From assembly GCA_964016885.1 (NCBI GenBank), contig OZ024744.1:28768001-28832000 (forward strand): a stretch of 64,000 bases of DNA, read 5' to 3'. Shown here in pieces: positions 1 to 14,799 of this stretch (within the stretch, counting starts at the first letter, position 1; the number at the start of each line of letters is the position of its first letter). The position numbers were made by a program, and so were the translations under genes. The notes under the pieces were generated by a model. The model saw nothing but the letters and a program-made list of their open reading frames with translations. It made no database searches and was not told where the DNA came from. The stretch is from Eledone cirrhosa (Eukaryota).

Positions 1-1135
1 GGACGATAGACGAAATCCAAGCAGTTGATGTTAGAACTCGAAAAATACTAAACAACACCGGAAACTTCCACATCAACAGTGACATAGATCGCCTTTGCTT
101 GAAACGTAAGCAGGGAGGCAAAGGCCTAACATCAGTCGAGACAGCATTTGAATGTGGCATTATATCCCTCCGACAACATCTACGTAGGAGCCCGTCTCTC
201 AAGCAACTCTATCTGCATGAAACAGATAAGATCATGAGAGTTGGGAAGGAACTCCTCAAGAGATATTCCCTGTGTGATAATCAAAAACTCACACCCAGGG
301 AAGTCGCTCAGCAGTATCGCAGTGAATCCATGGATGAAAAACTGCATGCTTATCAACAAAAACATCATGCATGGATATGTTGCTAGGAAGCTCCAGAGTG
401 AGAGTAATATAGATAAGGAAAGTAGTCTATCTTGGGCTAACAACCGCTATATTGGCTCCCACTTTGAAGGATACGCTTTTGCAATCCAAGAACAGGAGAT
501 TAACACAAAATACCTGATTCACAAAAGAGATAGTGATGCGGGCAAAACACCTAGATGTGATGACAAGTGCCGACTCTGCAGAACTAACATCGACGATATC
601 ACCCATGTCATCAGCAGCTGTCGAAAGATGTCATCGCGGTACTATCTAGCTAGGAGGCATGATGTAGTGGCCCAAACACCGTACAATGCAACTGTAGAAA
701 AGATATCCCCGATAATAAACATATTAAAAGCTACAGCCATGTGGAAGACATCCATGTACATAATATGAAAGAGTACTGGTAGAATGTTCCAGTAAAAACC
801 CCAATAAAATGCAGACATAACAGACCAGATATTATGATATGGGACAGGGAAAAGAAAGCCCAGCAGATGCCAATATAATATCAAAGATTAGTGAAAAGGA
901 GAATATTTATGCAGGACTGATGAGAAATCTGCAGATACTCTACCCTGATTACACCTTCAGATTTATACCTGTGGTTATTGGGGCACTGGGGTATGTTAGT
1001 AACTGCCTCAATACAAATCTTGAAAAGCTAGGGTTCACAGGAACAGAAAGAACACAACTAGTTAGGAAATTACAAGTACAATCCATTAATGGAACAGTAA
1101 AACTATGTAAAACATTGCAAAAATGTTGCATCTAA
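1..1135 (+). mobile_element. Decayed 3' portion of an R4/Dong-like RLE-type non-LTR retrotransposon (post-RT region, CCHC knuckle, restriction-like endonuclease)
   Basis: Frameshifted ORFs give KRKQGGKGL, AIQEQEINT, CRLCRTNIDDITHVISSC, RRHDVVA, (HN)RPDIMIWD, FIPVVIGALG and LQVQSINGTVKLCK, in the motif order of R4/Dong-type ORFs. The element runs off the window start. Confidence 0.8.
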
Positions 1136-1375
1136 TAACTTCATATACACATGTACAGATGCAAACATATACACACGCACACATACAACTCAAAACATCC
1201 ACATCCACACATACAATAACATCCATATCTACACATGCAGACATACATACATATCTACCTAGTTGATGTTGTGTAAATTACAATGAGAGAGTCTTGTGTC
1301 TATGTTAGAAACCGACCCTCTCTCTATTAGGAAAAAAATTGTGAAATTATAAAACCAGAACATCATACATACATA

Positions 1376-1973
1376 CATGGTGGCTGCCAACTCGTTTTCG
1401 AGTACGGCCACTACTTTATATCCATGTAGGAGAACCCCTACTGATGCGCTAAATGAGTGTGACTTTTTAGTCCAGCCAGCGACTTGAAAACTCTGGTACA
1501 AACACTACGCTTGTGACAATTATTGACACATAGTGCTGGGCCCATGGTACCATGTGACGACAAGTGCAGAGAGATATCCAGCTATAAAGCAATGCCTGTG
1601 CCGTGAAGCTTTTATAGTGAGCAAAGGCACTGCACAAAGCCAGTCCCACTCTCTTAACCAAGATGATATTTACCAAAAAGAAGAACAAGTCAACATCATT
1701 GGATACAATCAGGGTTGCAGGTGTTATATCAGAGTTTTCCTTCTCTTAGAATTTTGCCTTGACAAAGGCTAAGGGGTCATCTCTCCCGATGATTTTGGAT
1801 GGCCATTGACTCTTAAGAGCTCCTTTGCCCTTTGACAGGTTTTGTTTTTAGTCCTGCAGGATGTCCAAAGTCACCCTCCTCACCAAGAAACCTTGGTGGG
1901 GTTGCCAGTTTAGTCGCCAAGGACCCGACCATGAGACAGGTTGTACTGGGATACATGTTACCAGTAGCACCAA
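1376..1973 (-). mobile_element. Non-autonomous bipartite RTE-derived retroelement (about 600 bp) with (ATGT)n tail
   Basis: Near-identical inverted copy of 11949-12545. The 3' part encodes a terminal C2H2 finger of the CxxCxxxFxSxAGLxSH type and is followed by a (TACA)n tail at 1365-1378. Confidence 0.7.
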
Positions 1974-2398
1974 TACATACGTACAAACACGTTTAAACTG
2001 AGGCTGTGTTAAAAGATTCTTGCCTAAGATGATACATAACCAATAGTAAATAATTCTTACTTATTTTTCCTATTTATGAATATTCCATAAAATCTTATTG
2101 TAGCTTTCTATAATATTTATATGAATTTTTCTTCCTTCCAAGCATTTACAGTAAATATATTTTGTCAGGTTTATTCTATGTATTATCAAATACATGCAAC
2201 CGCGGGCCCAATCAGAGACAGCACCCAAGAATTGAAGAAAACGATTATTATGTAGGTTTTGATTCTAATAATAATATGATATAATTATATTTGTTTCTAT
2301 TTCATGTCCTTTTATAGGATGGTAAGGTGTTGTTTGACCAACAAACCTGTGACAAAAGATGTTCCAGCCATTACAATTCTGTCCTTTATCCAGCTATT

Positions 2399-2716
2399 TA
2401 CAGTATACCGCCGGTTATTCGCGGCATTTTCCTTAGAACCTAACTAAAAATTATTTGTGGAAACCACCGCATATTCTCGGAAACGTAAATATATTCCACG
2501 ATTTTTTAATGCTTTTTTTCGTGGCAATATATATATATTTTCACAATTTTTAACGCTAAATTATTAATAACAATATACTGTATTTACCGGCCTATATTTT
2601 ACGTTATATTTTGAAGTTTATAGGCATTTTCGTGGACCACGTCAAATATTCGTGGTTTTTCACTCTTTGTCGGTGCTCTAGAAAAGTAACCCGCGAATAC
2701 CGGTGGACAACAGTAC
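2399..2716. mobile_element. MITE, Tigger/pogo-like
   Basis: Imperfect terminal inverted repeats TACAGTATACCGCCGGTTATTCGCGG and CCGCGAATACCGGTGGACAACAGTA with TA at both ends; no ORF. Confidence 0.6.
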
Positions 2717-3112
2717 TTCAGATAGCATTATCAAACATAAGCTTTTTATAAGATGGAAAAGTGTAGCCGGCAGATATATCATTAATGTTGTTCTAGCCAT
2801 GTCCCTCCCGTCTTTTTACCCAAACATTTGTTTATTCTTTAGTCAGGGAAGGAAGAGCATTGCCCATCATTCATTCCGGTGTTTCCAAGTTTTGTCGGTG
2901 GTAGAAAGTGAGTAATTCTCACACGAGAGACATGTCCCAAATGCTTGCAGTAGAATGGATAACACTAAAGAGACACAAGGGCCAAATGGTGGTTTTAAAC
3001 GAAGCGACAGATAAGGTCTGCTAAACATGCAGGAATATCCAAGGACTGCTGTATGTCACTACAATGTCTTTAAAACTCCTGGAATTACAGGTCAAAGAAG
3101 AAGTTATAATTA

Positions 3113-3180
3113 CATGGAAGCGCGTGGCCTAGTGGTAAGGGTGTTGGACTTATAACCATAACGTTGTGGACTCAATTCCT
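3113..3180 (+). mobile_element. tRNA-derived SINE head (truncated)
   Basis: GGAAGCGCGTGGCCTAGTGGTAAGGGTG (A box) and degenerate B box GGACTCAATTCC, truncated at (TA)n. Confidence 0.55.
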
Positions 3181-3321
3181 ATATATATATACATATATAC
3201 ATATCAGTCGAAGTATCTAAAAATTTAAATATACACAAAATATAATTTATATCATATGCTTTTCCTTATATTTTTGTACTGAATAATTGGAGTAGTAGAG
3301 TGGCTAATATAAAACGATTCA

Positions 3322-3420
3322 GGACCCCGACGGCTGGGCTCCGGCCGTTTCGGCAGCTAGATCCGAACTGGATTACCGGTCTTCGCCGGCGGGAATTTAG
3401 CTGAACTTATCAAAGAGTAC
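3322..3420 (-). ncRNA. Degenerate type I hammerhead ribozyme in a PLE-like pLTR family
   Basis: Minus strand: actct-TTGATAA (consensus CTGATGA)-cagcta...tagctg stem II-GAAA-cggccg gagcc cagccg-TC-ggggt. Stems I, II and III all pair; the core has two substitutions. Confidence 0.5.
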
Positions 3421-4049
3421 AGTCCATATATGGGCATACAGTCAAAGTAAAAGATAACATTTTTTAGCCCATAAAATGTTTTAGAAAATATACAATAATG
3501 AAAATATACAAAGTTCTACCTAATGATGCTAGAGAAGAGTTAACAATAAAGAAAATATTCTATTTCTACCTAAGAATGCTTGGGGTTTCCTCTATCTAAA
3601 TAAGTGGGAAAATATTAAAGTCAAGATCTATCCATCTGGGTCGTGAGGGGGCGTTCAAAGATAAAGCAAACACATAAATACTCTTTGACTTATATACACT
3701 GAAATTATATTTTCTCTCGTTGGGTTTCTTTCCCTCTTGAAATGAGGTTTAGCACAATAAGATTTCTACAGATTGGAAATAGTTGATAAAGATTAAATCT
3801 CTGTAATAGCGTGTGTGCGCGGCTGACTGGCTTGGCACTTTCAAGTCAATCAGTCTACTAACCCATTCCCCTTGCATTTTGGCCTGTCTAGCCCCTCGTT
3901 GCCAAGAATGTAATATATAAAATACACTGACCACTCCCGAGAAAAACTAGAAAACAACAAACTCTTAAGATAAGATTTTGGGGGGATTTTTTGTTTTTTG
4001 CTTTGACTGTATGCCCATATATGAACTGTACCCCTATTGAACACACTGC

Positions 4050-5600
4050 CCGGAGTATCACGGCCCCTCTCAACGTTAGGTACCTGGAGTATGCTATATT
4101 AGGCGGGCCCGTAGGGCCTGTCTGCCATGACCTACATTCGGTGGTTCCTGCTATGGCGGGAATCGGCCTCCAGATCAACTCGTCCAAATCAAAGGTGGTG
4201 TATATCAACCACGATGCTAAGAACTTTGCAGCCTCCGTCTCGGATGTGTGGTCTATTCTCCTCCAGGTACAGGTGACGCCTAAAGAGGATTTCCTCATCC
4301 TCGGGTCCCCGATCCACCCGCCGGTCATCCGCTCCAACATCAGGTCCAGGCTCCAGGAACTTAAAACACCCACGAGAAGACTGGGCATGATTGACGGCCA
4401 CCCAGCCCTCCTACTGTTGAGAAACTGCTTCGCCATTCCAAAGCTCCTCTATACCCTTCGCAGCGCTCCGTGCTACAGCCATGCCTATCTACTTCCTGAG
4501 CTCGACACTGAGCTAACCATGCCTATCTACTTGCTGTATTCGAGCAGCAACTGAGGAGATATGCAAAGACAGGTTTGACGACATTGGATGGTAACAGGCC
4601 ACCTTATCTTATTGAAATGTGTGCCTTGGCCTCCGGTCACTAGTCTCACTTGCTTTGCGGGTGTTTCTTTTGTTGGTAACCCCATGCCACGTCCTCGTCA
4701 GTAGGGTTGTCCTAAACACAATGGACCCCACTGTGATCGAGGAAAGTGAGGCCGCCTGCGAGACGTGGGACCGGCTGGGACTTAGCCCGGTAGACGTCCC
4801 TCCTCCTTCTCCCCCTGCTGACGTCAAGTCCCCCCAAAGCATTTGGGATGCCATGCAGTGTAGCCTGGCCTCAGACAGGCTCACACGCCAGTTCGACCAG
4901 CACCGCCTTCCCTGTTTTCGCGCGGCTTCCAAACCCCACAGTGGTACCTGGCTTCTTTCCTTACCCTCCTTCTCTATTGGCACGCAGCTGGGCAATCGGC
5001 GCATCGGCGTTTCCGTGAGGCTCAGCCTCCGGATCTGCGAGCCACACAAATGTCGTTGCAGATCCACCGTGGACTCTTTCAGCCCCCACCCGCTTTCCTG
5101 TCGCTACACTGACGGCCGCCTTCGAGCCATGCTGCTTTCAACGAGGTCATAAAGCATGGCTTGGACGCTGCAGGCTTCCCGTCCCAGCTCGAGCCTGTGG
5201 GGCTGGACCGAGGGGACGGCAAAAGGCCAGACGGCATGACCATCTTCCCATTCCGCGGTGGCAAACGCCTCGTCTGGGATGTCACTTGCAGTGACACTTT
5301 CCCCAGCCGCAAACTCATGCAGTCTGCGACTAACACAGGTTCTGCTGCACTTCGGGCTGAGGAGGGCACACTCTCCAAGTACTGGTTGCTCTCCGACAAG
5401 TTTACGGCCGTGCCCTTGGCAGTGGAGATTTCTGGTGTCCTCGGCCTTCGGGCTACCTCCCTACTTACGACCATAGGCGCTTAGCTGGTCAGCCGTAGTT
5501 GTGAGCCTCGCGAGATAGAATGGTTCTTCCAGCGCATCTCCCTTACCATCCTCCGAGGAAACGCCTTCTCCATTCTGTCCGCCGTGGCTGTGTGGCGGTC
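4050..5600 (+). mobile_element. Decayed 5'-truncated CRE-clade non-LTR retrotransposon (RT C-terminus, zinc finger, RLE)
   Basis: NVRYLEYAILGG (degenerate YLDD), GLQINSSKS, LLRNCFAIPKLLYTLRSAP, CRC..HPLSC, GKRPDGMTIFPFRGGKRLVWDVTC, PLAVEISG and WFFQRISLTILRGNA across frameshifted ORFs. Confidence 0.8.
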
Positions 5601-5780
5601 AGCACGTGGGACGCCATTTACTCACAATACAGAGAGATAGGGAGGGCGAGAGTGATGGAGGCAATGCCAGTGGGAAATTGGGCTATTCTGTGTTCGGACT
5701 TCGTGTACGTGAGAGATGGAGATGGCGAGAGAGATGGAGGCGATGACAGTGGGAGTTCGGCTCTTCAGTGTTCGAATACT

Positions 5781-5996
5781 GGTGATTCAGTTCGGATCTA
5801 GCTGTCGAAACGGCCGGAGCTCAGCCGTCTGGGACCTTAATCTGTTCATATATATATATATATATATAACGAAGGAATTGTGGTAAGGAACCAGATGGAC
5901 CATAACGCACCAAAGTACTCAATACTTAGGGTAGTAGAGTGGGTAATAGGAACAAGTATGACCCCGACGGCAGAGCTCAAGCCTTTCGACGGCTAT
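5781..5996. mobile_element. Two fragments of the hammerhead-bearing pLTR family, tail-to-tail across (TA)n
   Basis: 5781-5845 is the reverse complement of 3317-3378. 5868-5996 matches 18173-18270 (reverse), 32465-32600 and 34510-34549. Confidence 0.6.
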
Positions 5997-6102
5997 TTCT
6001 GGACTAAAAAAAGAAAGAAAAAAAAGAATATATATATATGTATATATATATATATACATATATGTATATGTATATATATATATTTATATATATATGTATA
6101 TG

Positions 6103-6545
6103 TGTAACGATGTGTATTAGTAGTGGTTGTTAGATGAAATAACAAGAATAGCTGATTAACTTTATATATGAAAAGGTTTACTTCACTTCAGTCAAAAATA
6201 ACAACAAATAAGTTACCACGAGTCGCAAAGGTTGATGTTATTTTGTTGTTGGTTCATGAGGCTGGTGTAGTCTGACTCCAGGAGAGAGAGTAATGGTCTG
6301 TGGTTGTCTGTAGATCTTGGCGGCCTGTAGGTAGCGGTGAATCTTTACATAGCTATACTATAGCGTGCTGCTCCGACCTCTCTGTGTGTTAGATGTGGGA
6401 TGATACAGGCTTTTTATACCTGTCGCTTTCTGTCTCCCACCTCGAAGGATCGCCCACGCATGAACCTGTCTACACCGAAAAGGATGGTGACCTAGAATTT
6501 GACATTTAGGTGTCACCCAGGGTTCAAGGCGTGGACAGATCTCGC
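6103..6545 (-). mobile_element. Possible solo-LTR fragment
   Basis: The minus strand ends in ...CGTTACA next to a microsatellite and has a TATA-like GGTATAAAAAG. The 5' TG end was not identified. Confidence 0.3.
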
Positions 6546-7027
6546 TAAATATGTACATATATATGTATATAAATAAATAAATATATATATACACAAGTAC
6601 AATAACAAAAAACACATATAAACACACACTTGTTAACAAAACAAAAAACACATGCACTCAAACACGAAGAGACACACCAAACATTAAACACACACGCAAA
6701 CGCATGCGCAAACAGTGACAGGGACAAGAAGTAATAAATGAACAAATAAGATTAAAATGGTGGAGGCATTACAATATAACGGGAAGAAACATAATAGTAC
6801 CACTGATGATGACGCAGATGTGTGACGAAAGAATTTTGATAGACTATATATATATATTTATATCTGTATTTTTAACCGTTGGTCATTTAATGATAAACAT
6901 TGATTGCCAAATAAATTAACTATGGAGATATACAAGATACAGAAGTGAAAACCAACCAAACAGTGAGTGTGTTCTGTTATATATTTCAGGCAATATTATA
7001 ACAATATGACCCTCCCCAAGTATAACA

Positions 7028-7030
<3 letters not shown>
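6546..7030 (+). mobile_element. Solo 3' UTR/pLTR of the Penelope-like family found at 24350-27095
   Basis: Colinear with 26620-27095 (ACGCAAACGCATGCG, ACCAACCAAACAGTGAGTGTGTTCTGTTAT). Confidence 0.75.
6796..6844 (+). ncRNA. Hammerhead-like motif in pLTR
   Basis: CTGATGA (6803-6809), short imperfect stem II, GAAA (6827-6830), gaattt, then tgatag. Pairing is imperfect. Confidence 0.4.
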
Positions 7031-8115
<1,085 letters not shown>

Positions 8116-8411
8116 GTGTGGGTGTGAGTGTGGGTGTGGGTGTGTTGATACAGAGATATACAGTTAATATTCCTCTGAATTTAATTTGGAAGAAATTACA
8201 TAAAACTATATCAGATTTTTTTTTCTCCTTTTGAATAAATTAGAAATTGCTGCAAAAATCAGGAAATTGCTAAAGAAATCGTAATTGAGAAAATAGAAGT
8301 GTTATATTGAAATTTGTGAAGTTAATGTTTTTAAAGGTAAAACTAAGTGACTATTTCCTACACCAATGAATAACTTTCTCTATACAAAATTATTAATATC
8401 ATTATTGTTAT

Positions 8412-8583
8412 CGGGCGGTAGATTGGCAAGATCGCTAGAGCACCGGAAAACATGCTTTTACGTTCTGAGTTCAAATCCTGCCGATGTTAGCTTTGTCTAT
8501 CATCCTTGCACAGCCAACAAACTAAAGTACCAGTAATACACTGCGGTCGATTTAATAAAATTTCCCCTCCACTAAAACTGCTG
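8412..8583 (+). mobile_element. tRNA-derived SINE (diverged copy)
   Basis: A box TGGCAAGATCGC, B box GAGTTCAAATCC; body matches 16750-16975. Confidence 0.7.
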
Positions 8584-8632
8584 AAAAAATGATTGTTGTT
8601 TTCGTCATCATTACTATCATTATCAATATTAT

Positions 8633-10651
8633 CACCACCATCATCACAACCAGCACCATCACCACAGCACCTCTACCACTATAATCACTACCACCACCTC
8701 GACCAACACTACCACTAACTCTACTACTACCACCACCACTACAACCACCACCACCAATACACCACCCCTACCACCACAGCCACCATCAACACCACCAACA
8801 CTACCACTACCACTACCATCACCACCAACTCCACCACCAACATCACCACTACCACCACCAACACCACCACCACCACCACAACAACCACCACCGCAACCAC
8901 CAGCACCACTATTACCGCCACCAACACCAACACCACCACCACTACCATTACCACCACTACCAGCAACACCACCACCACCACCACCACTACCAACACCACC
9001 ACCACCACCATCACCACCACCACCACTACCAACACCATCACCACCACCATCACCACCACCACTACCACTACCAACACCACCACCACCACCATCACCACCA
9101 CCACTACCAACACCATCACCACCACCATCACCACCACCACTACCACTACCACCACCACTACCACCACCACTACCACCACCACTACCAACAGCACTACCAC
9201 CAGCAACACCACCACCGCCACTACTACCACTACACCACCACCACAACCACTACCACCACTACCACCACTACCACCACTACCACCACCACCATCACCACCA
9301 ACACCACCACCACCACTACAACTACACCACCACCACTACCACCAACACCACCACCACTACCACCACTACCACCACCACAACTACCACCAACACCACCACC
9401 ACCATTACCACCACCACCAACACCACCCCCACGAACACCACTACACCAACACCAATACCACTACACTACCACCACTACCATCGCCATCTCCTCCACCAGA
9501 CCACCACCACCGCCACCACCACCACCGCCATCACCACCAATGCCACCACTACCACTACCACCGCCACCACCACCACCACCACCACCACTACCACTACAAA
9601 CTCCACCCCACCACCACCACTACCACTACAAACTCCACCCCACCACCACCACTGCCACCACCACTACCACCAACACCACCACCACTACCACCAACATCAC
9701 CATCACCATTACCACCACCGCTACCACCACCACACCACCAGCACCACCACTACCACCAACACTAGCACCACCACTGCCACCACTACTACTACCACCACCA
9801 CTACCACTATCACCACCACTACCACCACAACCCCACCACCAGCACCAGCACCACCACTACCACCTCCTCCCCACCACCACCACCACTACCAACACCACCA
9901 CCACCACCATCACCACCACCACTACCACTACCATCACCACTACCACCACCACTACCAACAGCACTACCACCAGCAACACCACCACCGCCACTACTACCAC
10001 TACAGCACCACCACTACCACCACTTCCACCACCATCACTACACCACCACCACAACCACTACCACCACTACCAGCACTACCACCACCACCATCACCACCAA
10101 CACCACCACTACAACTACACCACCACCACTACCACCAACACCACCACCACTACCACCACTACCACCACCACAACTACCACCAACACCACCAACACTATTA
10201 CCACCACCACCAACACCACCCTCACGAGCACCACTACACCAACACCAATACCACTACACTACCACCACTACCATCGCCATCTCCTCCACCAGACCACCAC
10301 CGCCGCCACCACCACCACCGCCATCACCACCAATGCCACCACTACCACTACCACCGCCACCACCACCACCACCACCACTACAAACTCCAACCCACCACCA
10401 CCACCACCACCACCCCACCACCAGCACCACTGCCACCACCACTACCACCAACACCACCACCACTACCACCAACATCACCATCACCATTACCACCACCGCT
10501 ACCACCACCACACCACCAGCACCACCACTACCACCAACACCAGCACCACCACTGCCACCACTACTACTACCACCACCACTACCACTATCACCACCACTAC
10601 CACCTCCTCCCCACCACCAGCACCACCACCACCACTATCACCATCACCATC

Positions 10652-10684
<33 letters not shown>

Positions 10685-11328
10685 ACCACCACCATCCCCA
10701 CCACCACCACGACGAGCACCACCACCACCAACACCACCACCACCACCACCTCCACAATCACCACCATCACCACCATCACCACCACAATCACCACCACCAT
10801 CACCACCAACACCACCACCACCGCCACCACTACCACCACCACCACCACCACACCACCACCATCACCAGCAACAACAACAACAACACCACCACAACCACCA
10901 CCACCACCACTGTCAAGACAACAACCACCACCACCACCACTACCAAAACCACCGCCGCCACCAGTATCACCACTACCACTACACCTTCACCACTACCACC
11001 ATAACACCACCACTACCACTACACCAACACCACCACCTCCTCCACCACCAGCACCACCACACCACCACCACCTCCAGAACCACCACCACCACCACCAAAA
11101 CCACCACCAACAACAACACCACCAACAACAATATCAACAAAAACAAAAACAACACCACCAACACCACCACCACCACAGCACCACCACCAACACCACCACC
11201 ACCACAGCACCACCATCACCAACAACAACACAACCACCACCACCACCAATGCCACCACTACCACTACCAGCGCCACCACCACCACCACCACCACCACCAC
11301 CACCACCACCACCATCACCACCACCACC
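8633..11328. repeat. 2.7-kb degenerate (CAC)n trinucleotide field with an internal duplication of about 0.78 kb
   Basis: CAC/CAT/CAA/TAC units; diagnostic variants recur at about 9181/9951 and 9540/10333. Confidence 0.95.
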
Positions 11329-11689
11329 GCGTGCTATTATGACGTCATAGTTTGTTAAGTAGATATTACCATTCTGTTATAATACATACATACACACTGA
11401 CACTCACATATACCTGCATACATGTGTGTGTATGTGTATAAGTGTATGTGTGCATGCGTGTGTTTGCGTATGCTTGTGTGTATATATGTGTGTATGTGTA
11501 TATAAATGTATATATGTATGCATTTATGCCTGTATGTAGCTATGCGTGTGTGTGTGCATGTATATATGTGTGTGTGCGTATGTACATACATAATATATAT
11601 ATATATGTGTGTGTGTATATATGTATGTCTATATATAGGTGTGCATGCATGTATGTGTGCAAACACATGGTGGTACATTAAAATTGTAC

Positions 11690-11935
11690 CCCACAGGTTA
11701 ACACCACCGGTCCTATGGAGAGCACATCTACAGCTGGCCTACAAAGTCATCTACGGAGTCATGGATGTGGATGGGATGACATTGAAGAATCAATAAGAGA
11801 CGGCAGTCGTCTGTGAAGACGCTACAATCCTCATGTATGTACGTATATATGTATGTACGTATATATGTATGTACGTATATATGTATATACGTATATATGT
11901 ATGTACGTATATATGTATGTATACGTATGTATAAT
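11690..11935 (+). mobile_element. 3' stub of an RTE-like element with (ATGT/ACGT)n tail
   Basis: Encodes STAGLQSHLRSHG (end of a C2H2 finger), then a short UTR and a tetranucleotide tail. Confidence 0.5.
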
Positions 11936-11948
11936 GTCAGGTCACCAG

Positions 11949-13040
11949 TTGGTGCTACTGGTATCATGTATCCCAGTACAACCTGTCTCATGGTCGGGTC
12001 GTTGGCGACTAAACTGGCAACCCCACCAAGGTTTCTTGGTGAGGAGGGTGACTTTGGACATCCTGCAGGACTAAAAACAAAACCTGTCAAGGGGCAAAGG
12101 AGCTCTTAAGAGTCAATGGCCATCCAAAATCACCGGGAGAGATGACCCCTTAGCCTTTGTCAATGCAGAATTCTAGGAGGGGGAAAACTCTGATATAACA
12201 CCTGCAACCCTGATGGTATCCAATGATGTTGACTTGTTCTTCTTTTTGGTAAATATCATCTTGGTTAAGAGAGTGGGACTGGCTTTGTGCGGTGCCTTTG
12301 CTCACTATAAAAGCTTCACGGCACAAGCATTGCTTTATATCTGGAGATCTCTCTGCACTTGTCGTCACATGGTACCATGGGCCCAGCACTATGTGTCAAT
12401 AATTGTCACAAGTGTAGTGTTTGTACCAGAGTTTTCAAGTCACTGGCTGGACTAAAAAGTCACACCCGTTCAACACATCGGTAGGAGTTCTCCTACATAA
12501 ATATAAAGTAGTGGCCGTACTCGAAAACGAGTTGGCAGCCACCATGTATACGTACATCCATATATACGTACAAAGGGCAAAGGCGCTCTTAAGAGTCAAT
12601 GGCCATACAAAATCACCGCGAGAGATTACCCCTTAGCCTTTGTCAAGGCAAAATTCTAAGAGAAGGAAAACTCTGATATAACACCTGCAACCCTGATTGT
12701 ATCCAATGATGTTGACTTGTTCTTCTTTTTGGTAAATATCATCTTGGTTAAGAGAGTGGGACTGGCTTTGTGCAGTGCCTTTGCTCACTATAAAAGCTTC
12801 ACAGCACAAGCATTGCTTTATATCTGGAGATCTCTCTGCACTTGTCGTCACATGGTACCATGGGCCCAGCACTATGTGTCAATAATTGTCACAAGTGTAG
12901 TGTTTGTACCAGAGTTTTCAAGTCGCTGGCTGGACTAAAAAGTCACACTCGTTCAGCGCATCGGTAGGGGTTCTCCTACATGGATATAAAGTAGTGGCCG
13001 TACTCGAAAACGAGTTGGCAGCCACCATGTATACGTATAG
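11949..13040 (+). mobile_element. Two tandem copies of the bipartite RTE-derived element (11949-12570 full, 12571-13040 5'-truncated)
   Basis: Direct repeat; KCSVCTRVFKSLAGLKSHTRSTHR* at 12410-12484; each copy ends GGCAGCCACC-ATGTATACGTA. Confidence 0.75.
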
Positions 13041-13261
13041 ATTCATACTATTTCCATAATTTCTGCCATTAGTGAAATATTTTCTCGAAAGTGTACAAGT
13101 GTATTTTGTATTCTCTACAAATTATTCTTCTGTATAACAATCCAGAAATTTATTACTGCTGATAATTGATCTACATTGTCTGATTGTTTGTTTGTTTGGT
13201 TGAGTGTTTGATAACTGATCTTATTTGTTTTTTGTGTTTGTTTCTCTGTTTGTTAATGCCG

Positions 13262-13478
13262 GAGCATAAAAAGCGCAGGGTTGTCTCACAAGATGTGTTG
13301 AAAGAGCCCGATGGCTTGCTGAGTACGTCTTCCCTTGTTATCGAGAACGACGACACCGACGGCAACAGAAGCAGGAACGATATCATACAACATCTATCGA
13401 CCCTGCACTTCAGACTGTGGAGGTTCTAAACAGCCACAGCGAATGTTAATGAATCATCTATAATCGATATGCAGCCTG
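13262..13478 (+). pseudogene. Exon-like segment, probably a pseudoexon
   Basis: Long T-rich tract upstream, acceptor reading CCG instead of CAG, protein-like reading EHKKRRVVSQDVLKEPDG..., and donor CTG|GTAAGT at 13479. The frame contains a stop. Confidence 0.3.
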
Positions 13479-13489
13479 GTAAGTTACAA

Positions 13490-13703
13490 TTGTTTCTACA
13501 TTTGGCCAGACAAATCAGCAATTTGAAGGGAAAATCGATTAAATCTACCCTAGTGCATTACTAGTAGTATATTTTATCGACCCCGTACATGTTAAAGGCA
13601 AAGCTAATCTCGGTAAGTTTTGAACTCAGAACGTAAAATGCTGTAACTATATACCACAAAGCATGCTGTCCGACACTCTACCAAACTGCCAATCCACCGC
13701 CTA
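13490..13703 (-). mobile_element. tRNA-derived SINE
   Basis: Reverse complement of the 16750-16975 family (TTTTATCGACCCC, TTTGAACTCAGAACG). Confidence 0.75.
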
Positions 13704-14169
13704 TAAAGTACGTTATAATAAACCCAGTTTGGTAAATTGTAAATAACACACTAAGATATAATTTTATTTCTCCAAAATATAAGTACACAACTTTTAAACA
13801 ACTTGTCTGTTTTACGCCGCCCCCAGACAAGAAGACTAGCAATATTAGCTGTATAAGCCAATGTATCTCTCCGGACTTATTTCTCAGGCATGATACCCTT
13901 CCTCTCAACGGAGGGAAACGCTAGTCGCAGAAGCGAGGAGAGATTGTAAAAAAAATATCTTGTTAATTATCCATCTTCTGTTCCTCTGCTGCCTTGTGAG
14001 TGGCTGTAATTTGATCATTGGCGGAAGTGACAACACGAAACATGGAATCATTTTCCCTCGTTCAATGAGAAAAGGAGTTAAACCCGCGACACTATGTATT
14101 ACTGTGGTTAAGACCAACAAGTTCCAGTTATGCCGAAAAATCAGCAAATATAATCTCTCCCTTACTCTT

Positions 14170-14226
<57 letters not shown>

Positions 14227-14585
14227 CACACACACATATATATATACTATATTTTTTGTCTGATCGCCATTAAGAAGAGTAGATCGATAATGGAGTCAGG
14301 TCCATAAGGGTTACCCTGAGCCAATCCACTACGAAACGCGCGTAGCAGGTTGATACACAATACAAAAACTAAATACATGCAAACGAAACTTCATCATTAT
14401 TATTTATATATAAATATGTGTGTGTGTGTGTGTGTGTTTTTTTGTTCATGCATATAAGGAATGAATGCTTAAACAAGAAAGTTGCTTACCAGAAAGTTTG
14501 ACTGAACTGTATCCTTTGAATCATATACCATTAATATCTAAACGGGGAAAATGGTATAAAGGTCCAGAAGAGATCACAGAGTATA

Positions 14586-14773
14586 ATAATTGCTTCTACT
14601 TTTGGCACAAGGCCAGCAATTATCCCAGTGTATTACTAGTACTTTATTTTATCGACCCCGTAAGGATGAAAGGCAAAGTTAACCTCGGCGGGATTTGAAC
14701 TCATACCGTAAAGAGCAGTAACTCTTTTCTGCAAAGCATGGCGTCCAACCCTCTACCGATACTGCCAATCCAC
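14586..14773 (-). mobile_element. tRNA-derived SINE
   Basis: TTTGGCACAAGGCCAGCAA...ATCGACCCCGTAAGGATGAAAGGCAAAG...GGATTTGAACTC. Confidence 0.8.
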
Positions 14774-14799
14774 GCAAGTATTGCACCAAGAAACATATA

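Noticed and set aside
3317-5845. 60-bp inverted repeats bracketing the CRE fragment, suggesting a DNA transposon with cargo
   Set aside because: Both arms are internal pieces of a dispersed hammerhead-bearing family found at several other positions; no TSD or true termini.
8659-11342. Long ORFs (600 aa Pro/Thr/His-rich; Gly/Val-rich on the minus strand)
   Set aside because: By-products of a stop-poor (CAC)n repeat; they drift between poly-P, poly-T and poly-H frames and have no convincing splice context.
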